From positions 1-44,761 of the forward strand of contig NIVC01004475.1 of assembly GCA_002269645.1 (NCBI GenBank): a stretch of DNA of 44,761 nt, read 5' to 3'. Both the position numbers and the translations under genes were made by a program. Below, in pieces: positions 1 through 11,600 of the stretch. Each line of letters starts with the position of its first letter. Within the stretch, counting starts at the first letter, position 1. The notes under the pieces were generated by a model, which saw only the letters and a program-made list of their open reading frames with translations, was not told the origin of the DNA and did not search any database. This DNA is from Macrostomum lignano. Its lineage: Eukaryota.

Positions 1-69
1 TAAATAATTTATAACTTTTTAATGCACTTGCAACAGCTATAATTGATTGATCACCGTTGACTTTTGCAG

Positions 70-411
70 GCAAGGACACACTGGAGGTCTGGTGCAACGA
101 TCAGCTCATGGAAACGACGGTAAGCTGCTTTAGTTTTGATCTCTCTGTTCCTTTCGAACTCACGACACCAATTGAATTCCAAGGACGACTTCAGCGACAT
201 GGGCTCCACCGTGGACTTCGACTTGGGTTCGAAGAAGGCCCGCATCTGGATCCTGCCGGGACCACGGGGAACCAAATACAAGTTCACCCTCGACGGTGCC
301 ACGGTGGCCGCCGCCAAGCCGCCGCGTCAGCTGCCGCTGCCCGAGGAGCAGCAGCTGTCGGCCTCCTGCGAGGGCGGCGCCTCGTTTGGATTCAGCGAGC
401 TGCCCGAATAG
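70..411 (+). CDS. FAIM: FAIM (Fas apoptotic inhibitory molecule)-like protein, last two exons (5' part lies outside the window)
   Basis: Exons 70-119 (ttttgcag|, |gtaagc) and 184-411 (ccaag|, TAG stop) splice in frame to KDTLEVWCNDQLMETT-DDFSDMGSTVDFDLGSKKARIWILPGPRGTKYKFTLDG. This matches the FAIM C-terminal beta-sandwich pattern (D.WCNG...ET.GEFVDDG....F......I.........L.VD). Confidence 0.7.
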
Positions 412-872
412 ACAGCCGCGATCAGGCGGCAAAAATGCAGATAGACTAATGGCGTACTCTTGAAGTTTTTTTAGTACAAAACTTTACTGACTGCAGCTTA
501 TTGTATTATGTGCACAAGTATAAGTGCACTATAATGTATCGCTGTGTCTTATTGTGTGTTACCTTGCTACCATGCTACCAACTAAACGTACAAGAAATTA
601 TTTCTGAAAACCTGCGCTATCAGCAATGTTTGGTTAAGAGTTGCTTTTGTCAGCCAAGTCGATAGTTGAGCCAACCCATAGAAATCTAGCCAGTAGATCT
701 TCTGGAAGTGAAGGCTTTTTGGGTCTTCAAAAACCGGGCCGACTCGCCGATATGCCTTGGCCTGGCCTTTATTTGTCCATAGACAATTCGGTCATAGACA
801 TCAGCACAAAGAATGCCAGCAGCAATTTCTCCCATAGACTCGTCTCTCTCGCTCAACTTAGCTGACAAAGCA

Positions 873-1284
873 GTAGTGTTGGTTTTTGCATGCTAAGTGA
901 GACATTTTTCAAGCAATCTGAGACTGAATAGCAAAAACACTATTGTCTATGGCCACCCCTCGCTGCAGCCCAACTTTTTGGGATCGCCTTGCAAGCAAAG
1001 TGAGAAATTTTTTAAAGCTGAGTGAGAACCATATTGAAAACAAAGGCTGGGCTATGGCAAATCAACTGCGTCTAACAAGCAACCACCCCTTTTAATTTCG
1101 TAAAACCACCCCTTTGTTTTCAATATGGTTCTCACTTAGCTTTAAAAAATTTCTCACTTTGCTTGCAAGGCGATCCCAAAAAGCTGGGCTGCAGCGAGGG
1201 GTGGCCATAGACAGTAGTGTTTTTGCTATTCAGTCTCAGATTGCTTGAAAAGTGTCTCACTTGGCATGCAAAAACCAACACTAC
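873..1284. mobile_element. Foldback/MITE-like element with 174-bp inverted arms
   Basis: 873-1046 is the reverse complement of 1111-1284 with 5 transition mismatches and a 64-bp spacer. No coding capacity and no clear TSD. Confidence 0.8.
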
Positions 1285-1484
1285 CTGTATTTTCTCGTAC
1301 AAATGTGCGCCTACTTCATGTAAAATACAACAACTCGTATATTGACAAAACTATTATTTACTGAATTCATGGCCTGAAAACTTCTGATTCAGCAGCCATT
1401 GCGTTGCATTGTGAGTTACAATGCAACAACTTCACCGGAAAAAGTCAGTTTTTTGTTAGTTTTTTTCCTGCCAGGGCTGGACGA

Positions 1485-1803
1485 GTACTCGGTACTCGGC
1501 ACTTGGTACTTGGTACTCGGTACTCGGTACTTGGTACTTGGTACTCGGTACTACGGTACTTGGTACTTGGTACTCGGCACTTGGTACTTGGTACTTGGTA
1601 CTCGGTACTTGGTACTTGGTACTCGGTACTCGTACTCGGTACTCGGTACTTGGTACTCGGCACTTGGTACTCGGTACTCGGTACTCGGTACTTGGTACTT
1701 GGTACTCGGTACTCGGTACTTGGTACTTGGTACTCGGCACTTGGTACTTGGTACTTGGTACTCGGTACTCGATACTCAGTACTCGGTACTCGGTACTTGG
1801 TAC
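1485..1803. repeat. 7-bp tandem repeat (GGTACTY)n
   Basis: Direct reading; it explains the repetitive ORFs at 1399-2058. Confidence 0.95.
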
Positions 1804-1999
1804 GCAGAAGTGACTTAAACAATACTCGCCCAACACGGATTGTGACTGTGACTCTAGATTAGCGCACCACTCATCCATCAGTGTCAGGCATCCGGGATTG
1901 CGTGCACAAATATTCATTTTATTTGCAATTGAATTCGTCCAAAACGCAAAACCTCTAAATGCTTTCTTAATGGAAGCTAAAATTATATCATGCCATAGA

Positions 2000-2292
2000 C
2001 AGCCGCGTTCAAGCACAACGAAAGGTCGGGGGTTCGATTCTCGAGTCACTCGGAACAATTTGCGTCCTTGAGCAAGACGCTCAACTCTGCACTACTTCAA
2101 TTCAGCCAGCTGTAAAATGGGTGCCAGCATTAGCTGGGGTAATTGAGGGTGTGTGTGGCGACCACCCAGTCCTTGCACTGAACAGCCGTACTGCAACCTT
2201 CAGATGTGCCGCGCAATAGCTGCGGCTGAGCTGTCGGTTGCACATCTGCCTATTAGGACAGGTGTAGTCTATTATTATTAATATTATTATTA
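2000..2292 (+). mobile_element. tRNA-derived SINE with CORE-like central domain, copy 1
   Basis: B-box GGTTCGATTC at 2031-2040; central GTCCTTGAGCAAG...CTGTAAAATGGG resembling the CORE/MIR domain; 3' hairpin at 2201-2248; (TAT)n tail; second copy at 25832-26021. Confidence 0.7.
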
Positions 2293-3513
2293 TGGAGCTT
2301 CTAAAATATGGAGCTTCTAAAATTAAATACTCGTAGAAACAGACATTACAATAATTTACTCTGACGGGTGCCTAATTTTAGCCATATTTCTCGTTCTGAT
2401 TATTCCCATGCTTGTCTGAATCCTTTGTCGTTATAAATTCTGCCTATTGTACGTGTAATGGGACTTGTCAGTTCAGTGTTTGTTGGCTATGTTGGCTGAA
2501 TAAATTTTGCAGCCAGGTAAAGATCCGAGTACGCAAGTACTTGACCCTTGTCTGTTCACTGCGCATGCAGGACTACAAACAATATTTTCTTCTGTTAAAA
2601 TACGAATTGTTGCATAAATCATGGCTAGCAACAGCAAATTTGTCAGATAAAAGAATCAATATTCCTTGGCGCAGGCATATATACTTAGTGAAACAGCTTT
2701 CTACTTTCAGTTCAGTAGCAATGAAGAATACATAAGCTATTTTATAAAAATAAAGGCAGCCGAGATGACTTTGATAAGTTTAGAAGCCAAGTTACGCCTG
2801 CAGCGTAAACAGCTTGCTAATTGGTTTAGCCATAATGTACATTAGCCACTGAAGTGTACATGGCAGATTTAGGTTGGAACAACCGAAGAAGGTAGTAAAA
2901 ATCGGGTCGCGGGGCAGTGGTAGAGGTTCTGGGTGGAGTTTGAGGGTTTAAGCTTGGGGGGGGGGGGTACGAGCCAAAAAATGAGCTTGTCTTAAAAATG
3001 CTTCAGTTTAACTTACTACTGAACTGAAAGTAGCTTACACGCAAATGTGCTGAGTGGCCCATCTAGTCATTATAGTATCTGTGGTCTGTCCTAAGAACGA
3101 CAGAGTGCAGCTAGGAGGCGGGGTTTTGCGCAACTTTATAAGATGGGGTTAAGAGTTAATAATTGTTACAAGCGAGGAGACTCTCGAATCTTGACACCTA
3201 ATCCTAATTTCATAGCAAGGGCCCCTTGTACATTTACCTGCGATACGAGCGAATAGCTATCTGATATATGTCGGCATGACAGACGTATTAAACATAAGTA
3301 ATAGGCTAAATAGCGTTGGAGACAGCTCAAACTCAAGCTCAAGTCTCCACGTCCCCGCAGCTCAATAAAGCTCAACCTGATAGATTAGAAAAGATAAGAG
3401 TAGAGGCACTCACTGTCGAAAAAGCAATAAGCTTGCTGTAGCTATAGTTTGGACACAGCAGAATCCAGTGCACTACCTGAGCCACCAAGCAGACAATCGC
3501 AGCAGACTTTGTC

Positions 3514-6500
3514 ATGTTGCTGTCTCAGCTAAACCGGTCTCTTCCTTCGTCATCCGTGACCACCATTGCCGCTGTTTCGGTGGCGACTGTAGCCGCAGTT
3601 TGGCTGTTCTACAGAGGCGCCAGGCACCGCCGCCGCCGTTCGCCCCCTGGTCCGCCAGGTATGCTGGTGTTCGCAGTTAATAACCCACTGACCACCCTGA
3701 TCCAGGTATTAATCTTCAATTAGAGGTTATGGGATCCAGGTACTAATCTCCAATTAGAAATCACATCATCCAGGTATTTATCTCCAATTAGAGATCACAT
3801 CATTCAGGTATTTATCTCCAATTAGAGATAATAAAATCCAGGTACTAATTTCTCCAATTAGAGATCACATCATCCAGGTACTAATCTCCAATTTGAGATC
3901 CATCCGTGGTTGAGGTGCCATTAGGCATCGTGAAATTTTGTCCGGTTTCAAAGGACCCCATTTCCAAAACAAATTTTGAGATGCAGCTCGTATCAAAGCG
4001 AAATCCCAAAAAAATCCTCATTTTAGGATGGCCTCTGCTAGGCAACCTGCCGAACCTGCCTCGGCCGACATTCCTGGCTGCTCACGCAGATTGGCGCAAA
4101 CGCTACGGCGACCTGGTCAGCTACAGACTCGGCGCACGTCGGTTCGTCGTGTTGAACAGCTATGCGGCCGTCAAGGAGGCTCTGGCCTCGCAGGAATTCG
4201 GCGATGTGTTCAGCGGTCGGATGAATTCCAACTATATAAACAGCCTTACGCACGGAAAGGGCATCGTGTCCTCAGAAGGCGAGCTGTGGCGCGAGCACAG
4301 GCGGTTCGCGCTCAAGGTGGGCCTTTCATTGGTCGGACGTGGACATTTGAGATGCCCAAGGCACAAATAAAAACCTTTCAGATTTTATAATCTTAAAAAT
4401 TACGCTCTTTATTAGGAACACCTCACAGTAGAGTTTAAGTAATGAATGATCAACCCAGTAAGTAAGTTGCACCACCGTAAGTACCATGCAACTCCACACA
4501 TCGTCAGGTTCTTCGCGATTTCGGATTTGCGCGAGCCGGCACCGAGGACTCAATCCATCAGGAGCTGCAGGACCTGCGCGATCAGTTCAACACGGCTGGC
4601 GAAGCTGGCGTGGACACCACTGAAGTGCTCTGCCGGGCCATCGCCAACGTCATCAGCGTGATGCTGTTCGGCTATCGGGCTGGCTCCCAGGACGACCGGT
4701 TCGAAGCTTTCCTCGCGGCCACCCAGGAGAATCTGCAGGGCGGCGACTTGGCCAGATTCATCCCGGTGGGATTTCCGTTGCTGTACCAGATCCCGGGAGT
4801 GATGCGCCTGCTAGAGCTGCTCGGCGTTGACGTGTACGTTGTGCAGCGGAATCTGAAGGTGACTCACGGCTTCTGCCAGATGCAAATCGACGCTCACCGG
4901 GCCCAGCTGGCCGGAGTCAGCTCGCCAAACGACTTCCTGGACGCTTTTCTGATGGAGCAGGAGAAGCTGAACGGAAGGAAGAAGGTATTGTAGCGAACTA
5001 TTGGTAGCTGAATGAAAATTCAGAAATCACCATGCAGTTTTAAACGTTCCTGGTCGGAGGGGGTATCCAAGCTCTTAATTAAAGCTACAGAAGTACTGTC
5101 ACACAGGGAGTGCATCCGGCCGACTGTATCCTCTTCAGTGAGTGCTCACAATCGACTAAATGGGGAATAGAAATGAGCATTGAATTACAGGGGTTTCATT
5201 TCTCAGAAGAGCAGCTTCTTTCACAACTCATCGCCCAACGAATCGGACGATTCGGACGAATGCGCGCAAGGTCACGGATCCGGTCCGGGGGTAGTCAGAG
5301 CCGTCCAACCTTAGCGAGCAGCCTGGTGACGTCTTTGCGCTTTGTTGTAGTGTTGAAGGTGATTGTGTTGACCAAAATATGACCAATACACATCTCTCTA
5401 GGGTCAATTTTATTTAAAGAAATCAGGTATTATATGAAATTTCCGGTTCACAGCAGGCATCGCAGCTTGCGTTTGCCGATATTCGAAGCAGCTGTTCCAG
5501 TGCAGCTGGTGTTTGTGGCTCAGCCAGTTGTGAATGGCGCGGTTGACGGATGACAATACATAGGCGTAGGAACGGGGGGGGGGCAGTAATGGTATCTGGC
5601 CCCTTCACATTTTAAATGCAAAATGTAGACTTTTTGCTCATTTTTTACTCTTATTTTTGCTGCTTTGCATGAATGCATTTTGCTGCAGAGCGACAAAACA
5701 TAGCGCCTGCGGCGCTAAAATGAGTGTCTGCGGCGCTAAAATGAGTGTCTGCGGCGCTAAAATGAGTGCCTGCGGCGCTAAAATGAGTGGTGACAACATT
5801 GATTCTAAAAATAATTGGTACATGATAAATGTGCATTTTCAATATAAAGAAATAGAAAAATCTAACTCGACCTTGTGCGCCCCCCTCCCCCTAAATCCGG
5901 CACTGAACCTGCCCCCCCACTTTTTGAAACGTTCCTACGCCTATGGACACTAACGCAACGATGTGATGTTCTCCATCCTTAGGACCACACATTCGACGAC
6001 TTCCAACTGAAGCGCACCTTGACTGAGCTGTTCGTGGCCGGCACTGACACCACCTCCAACACCATCCGCTGGGCGCTGCTGTACGCCTGTCTCTACCCGG
6101 AGTGCCAGGCTCGAGTCCAGGCCGAGATTGACGCCCAGATCGGCCGCAATCGCCTGCCGGAGCACCGGGACCGCAAACGGATGCCCTACACGCTGGCGTT
6201 TATTGACGAGGTTCAACGATTTGCCACTCTGGCGCCGTTTGCTGTTTTACACAGGTGCACCCGTGATGTTGAGTTTATGGTGAGCTTTTGCACGATGGTG
6301 AATCGATGGCTGAATGGTACCGCCGAAATAGTCAGGCTCTAGCAACCCACGTACCTACACCGCAAAACGCTGAAACCTCAGCATCAACAGCCTAGTCACT
6401 AATTACCCAGCCCCAACACCCAAAGCATTAACTACTCAGTCTCAAAACACCACAACCCATACTCCAGCCCCAACACCCCAGCCCCAACACCCCAGCCCCA

Positions 6501-7714
6501 ACACCCCAGCCCCAACACCCCAGCCTCTAAACCACAGCCCCCCAACACCCCAGCCCCAACACTCCAGCCTCTAAACCACAGCCCCCAACACCCCAGCCCC
6601 AACACCCCAGCCCCAACACCCCAGCCCCAACACCCCAGCCCCAACACCTCAGCCTCAACACCCCAGCCCCAACACCCCAGCCTCAACACCCCAGCCCCAA
6701 CACCCCAGCCCCAACACCCCAGCCCCAACACCCCAGCCCCAACACCCCAGCCCCAACACCCCAGCCCCAACACCCCAGCCCCAACACCCCAGCCCCAACA
6801 CCCCAGCCTCTAGACCACAGCCCCCCAACACCCCAGCCCCAACACCCCAGCCTCAACACCCCAGCCTCTAAACCACAGCCCCCAACACCCCAGCCCCAAC
6901 ACTCCAGCCTCTAAACCACAGCCCCCAACACCCCAGCCCCAACACCCCAGCCTCTAAACCACAGCCCCAACACCCCAGCCCCAACACCTCAGCCTCAACA
7001 CCCCAGCCCCAACACCCCAGCCTCAACACCCCAGCCCCAACACCCCAGCCCCAACACCCCAGCCCCAACACCCCAGCCCAACACCCCAGCCCCAACACCC
7101 AGCCTCTAGACCACAGCCCCCCAACACCCCAGCCCCAACACCCCAGCCCCAACACCCCAGCCTCAACACCCCAGCCTCAACACCCCAGCCTCAACACCCC
7201 AGCCCCAATACACCAGCCCAAACACCCAAGCCTCAACATGAAATCCAACACAAAGACCAGATAACCCAGTGCCAACACCACTTGCCGAAGCACCCTCAAA
7301 AAGCCAAAAGCCGTTAATTCGCTTTGATTCCAGGGCTACGACATCTCTTCGGACGATCTGATCATGACCAACCTGTACGGCATCCACCACGACCCGGAGC
7401 TCTGGTCCAGTCCGGAAGCATTCCAGCCCGAACGATTCCTGGCAGTCGACACGGGCGAGTACCAACCGAACGAGCACCTCGTACCATTCGGCGTCGGTAA
7501 GCGAGCCTGCCTTGGCGAGAGTCTGGCCCGCCAGGAGCTGTTCCTCTTTATCGCCGGGATCCTCCAGCAGCACAGCGCCCGGCTGCATCCGGACAGCGTG
7601 AAGAATCTGGAGGACATCAAAATTGGAAGCGACGGCATCGTGCACGCGCCTGGCGCGCATCGGATCATTTTCTCGGCCAGGCAGCCGCAGAGAATCGCCG
7701 ATGATTCCTGCTGA
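3514..7714 (+). CDS. Cytochrome P450, CYP2 clan (about 529 aa), 5 exons
   Basis: Exons 3514-3658, 4027-4316, 4508-4984, 5983-6279 and 7334-7714, all GT-AG and phase-compatible (1590 nt). Motifs: N-terminal anchor plus PPGPPGWPLLGNL, WREHRRF, I-helix AGTDTT, EVQR (ExxR), PERF, heme-binding FGVGKRACLGE. Confidence 0.95.
3698..3905. repeat. About 31-35-bp tandem repeat in CYP intron 1
   Basis: Six units around (CAT)CCAGGTAYT(A/T)ATCTCCAATTAGAGAT. Confidence 0.85.
5559..5945. mobile_element. MITE-like non-autonomous DNA transposon in CYP intron 3
   Basis: Perfect 16-bp TIR CATAGGCGTAGGAACG (5559-5574) / CGTTCCTACGCCTATG (5930-5945); subterminal G-tract/C-tract; near-TSD gacaata/gacacta; internal 21-bp tandem GCGGCGCTAAAATGAGTGYCT x4. 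Confidence 0.75.
6406..7210. repeat. 14-bp minisatellite (CCCCAGCCCCAACA)n in CYP intron 4
   Basis: Direct reading; it explains the ORFs at 6432-7155. Confidence 0.95.
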
Positions 7715-8015
7715 ACGGAGGGCTCGTAATTTTGGTTTCGAAGAAACTTCATTTGAAACATGTTAAGTTAAACAAAATAGATGAGCTTTTTTATCGTGTC
7801 TGGGTGAAAGTATGTATACGATGTCTTTAGCTTATTACATGAAGATTTGGCTAAGATATTGTGTGCATGTAAATGCATATTGGTTCACTTTTCAGCCTCT
7901 AAAATGTATCAAGGTTTTCTGTGGCGTAGTTTGGTAGAATGAAAACGGTTGTTATACGTCATAGTTAGTACAAAAAAGTTTATGAATTTTAAAGCATATA
8001 TGTTATTGCTTAGTG

Positions 8016-8021
8016 AATAAA
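8016..8021 (+). promoter_or_regulatory. Candidate polyadenylation signal of the CYP gene
   Basis: AATAAA about 300 bp after the CYP stop, in AT-rich sequence. Confidence 0.4.
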
Positions 8022-8688
8022 AATTTTGGTAAAACTCAGTAAAGCTAAGTAAAACTCGTCCTGTGACTCCTGTTAAGTCTCGTGCAAATGGGAAGAGTAT
8101 TTTACTTTAAAATGGCGTGATTTGAGACTAAGCTTAATAACTGACAAAATGGCACGTAAAGTGCCCAATCCTGATTGGAAATGCACTAGCATGCACTAGC
8201 AATGCTATAATTCAATTTTTTTTTCAATAATTACTTCTTTTAGTTAAATGTATAATCTGTGTATTGATATTCCACCATTTTCTCAAATCATAAAGTTTCT
8301 AATTTCAATTCAAAATAAATTTGATTTTGTTCTCAAGACGGCTCACTTTAACTAGCCCAAATATATATAACTTTTTTTATTAATTCTGACCGCTTGAATC
8401 GTAAAACTTAAATCGGTAAAAATGACGAAAATGTGGTACTCGTAATTAAACTCGACTGCTCGCGAAATATAATATTAGATAAATAAAATCTTATACTTAT
8501 TGTATTTATTTTTAAATACAAACAGCCGTTTCTTTTATTTTGTTTTACTTCTAGCCGATTTTTAGCACTAGTTTAAAAGTCAAAAAGCGTGAAATCGAAA
8601 TCCGGAAAATATCGGATGCAAATATATAGTCTCTGTTCTGCTTTGAACCTGCATTTTAAATCGCCTAGGAGAAACGCAATGAGCTATT

Positions 8689-11600
8689 ATGATGAGCCTT
8701 GATGAAATCTCTTCTCTGCTGGCCACCACAGAGACTAAGTCGGTAGAAAATGCGTTGCTTCCCTTGGTCAAGCATGTGAGAGAAATTCCTGTTCATTGAA
8801 ACAAAATAGTTGTGATATAATTAAATCTGGGCACCAACACCCCGCACACCGGCACCAAATGCAACACGCCATGAATCAACACCCATGCACCAACACCCCA
8901 TACAACAACAGCCCCGGCACCAACACCCCATACACCAACACCCCATACACCAACACCCCATACACCAAACACCCCGTGCACCAACACCCCATACACCAAC
9001 ACCCCATACACCAACACCCTATACAACAACACCCCATACACCAACACCCTATACAACAACACCCCATACACTAACACCCCATACACCAACACCCGATGCA
9101 CCAACACCCCGTGCACCAACACCCGCGGCACTAGCAACCTCGGCACCAACACCAACACCAACCAACAGCAACACTCACCTGCCCGCAGCTGCAGAACCTG
9201 TTCAAGTTCCGGAGGCGTCGCTCAGGCGGTGACGATGAGATCAGCCTGCGCTCTTCCTCGGCGCCGCCCGCCGAATCCACAGCGCAGCTGTTGGCCGACA
9301 CCGGGGCCTGGGTGGCCCGCGCCGCAGACCAGTTCGCCACGGCCGGCCGGCGCGTTGCCGTCGAGTCGCCTCCTCGACTAGCCGAGGCCATCGACGCTGC
9401 GTGTAGCGACGCGGCCGCCGCCGGTCGAGCCGTGGCTCGTCTGACAATGACAACCACCGTGCTGTCGCCCAAGTTCGCTACAGATGGCGACGCGGTTCGA
9501 CTCGCCGCGCGTCGTCTGGTCGAGGCGATGACGCGGACGATGGCGCTGGCGGACCGTTTGAACCTGCAGCAGCTGCTGGCCTGCGGGGAGCGAGCGACGG
9601 CCTGCCTGGAGTGCCTGGAGGACTGCACCAGGTACAGGGGAAGGAGGCTCTCTGGAGATTTTAGAGAACCGGCTCAGCTCAGAGCATCCTGCTGTGTAAA
9701 TTGTCAGCTGATTCTATTAATTTAAGCGACATTGTCACATTCCGCCGACTTTCCTGAGCAGGAACACAAGCGCTCGGATACGTACGCAGTCATGCGCACA
9801 GGCACACACAGGAGTGCACAGCGGCCCTGACTTTATTTTGTCGTTAGGCAGGCATGTACACTTGCCTGCACTTACACTTGCCTACACTTACACTGGCATG
9901 TACACTTGCCTACACTTGCTCCGGCAGGCGATTGCGGCCGATCTGGGCGTCAATCTCGGCCTGGACTCGAGCCTGGCACTCCGGGTAGAGACAGGCGTAC
10001 AGCAGCGCCCAGCGGATGGTGTTGGAGGTGGTGTCAGTGCCGGCCACGAACAGCTCAGTAGAGCCAAGCCGAGCTTCCAATTTAGCCTCAAGTTAATGTG
10101 ACTGCACTTGGAATCGAGCCTGGGCCGCTGGCACACCAGAGCAGCTGCGCTACCGCTGGGCTACGGCCCCCTTTCTGCTGTGGACACCATTGCAACCAAA
10201 ATCTGATCACTGCGCCACGTTACACACCATCAGATTCGCCGACTTCATGCCGGCCTTTGCCAGCCTTGGCGAGCACCTGGTGCAGCTCGGCCGCCTGTCC
10301 GGTGAGCGCCAGGCCGACCTGAGGTCGGAGCCGGCCCGCTGTCGTCTGGCGCTCACCCGGTCGAGTCTGGAGAAGGCGCTGCCGCTGCTGCTGGCGGCCA
10401 GCAAGCTGCACCTGCGGCATCCGGAGAGCCGCTGCGCCCAGCGCCTACGCGAGGAGGCCTTCGCGCACACCCGACACTGCCTGGACGGCCTGTCCGCTGC
10501 CGCCCAGCCCGACTGCGTGCTGTCCCGCCTGCGCCGACTCCGCCGACAGCAGCTGCCGCCGAGCGCTGAGGAGCTTCTCCGGCTGGCCGGCCAGGCGGGC
10601 CTCATCGCCGAGGCCGATGAAGCTGCTGACGCGCCGCCGACTGGCGCCAATTATCGATGGCGCCGGCTGGAAAGCGCCTGGCGCGCCTGCGTAGCGGCGA
10701 GCGGCGCCGCGGCTCGACTGCCGACCGGAGACGATTGCTGGACTGCGGGCGCTGACTGGCTGGAGTATCACCTGCAGGTGCTAGCCCGTCACGGCTTTCC
10801 TCTACAGTCTGATCCCAACATATCCCATCTCAAATATACCATCTCAAATATCCCATCTCAAATATCCCATCTCAAATATCCCATCTCAAATATCCCATCT
10901 CAAATATCACATCTCAAATATCCCATCTCAAATATCCCATCTCAAATATCCCATCTCAAATATCCCATCTCAAATATCCCATCTCAAATATCCCATCTCA
11001 AATATCCCATCTCAAATTTCCCATCTCAAATATCCCATCTCAAATATCCCATCTCAAATATCACATCTCAAATATCCCATCTCAAATATCCCATCTCAAA
11101 TATCCCATCCCAAACATCCAATCCTTTTGAATTCCTAATCTGAGTTCTAAACTGCTTATTAATTTTCCGCCTCCTCCCATCATCACAATTTGATTCCCAA
11201 CCACTTGCAGGCACTGGGCAGCATGCTGCTAGTCGCGGCTCGAGCTCACGACCTTCTAGCCCCAGAATCGCGCGTCGCCATGGCCTGCCTGAGCGCATTT
11301 CGCGACGCCTGGAAGTCGGTGGTGGCGAACGAGTTCGGGCACCTGCTGCTCACCGCCATTCACCACATTGAGGTTGGCAAATCGGATTAAAGCTACCAGC
11401 CTCTGTCCTCTTTTTTCGCTCGTGCCACATTTATATTGTAGCTTTATAAAGTTTTCCTCGCTACATATCGGCAGAATTTATTAAATTACAAGGCATTATC
11501 TATAGCCGTCTATAGCTATTTACAGCAGACTTTGTGAATGCATTACAATACCTTAGACTCTCAAATACCGCTCTCGATTTTCACTTCCAGTAGGAGCAAT

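Noticed and set aside
640-872. Weak inverted similarity (TGCTTTTGTCAGC..GTTGAGC / GCTCAAC..GCTGACAAAGCA)
   Set aside because: Too short and gapped to call an element by eye.
5107-5137. Possible CYP micro-exon (acacag|...|gtgagt) and nearby FSEEQLL resembling the pre-I-helix
   Set aside because: 31 nt would shift the frame, exon 3 already joins exon 4 in phase, and FSEEQLL is not followed by an LF.AG motif.
10098-10169. Candidate tRNA gene
   Set aside because: The acceptor and anticodon stems do not pair, so it is kept only as a SINE-like Pol III head.
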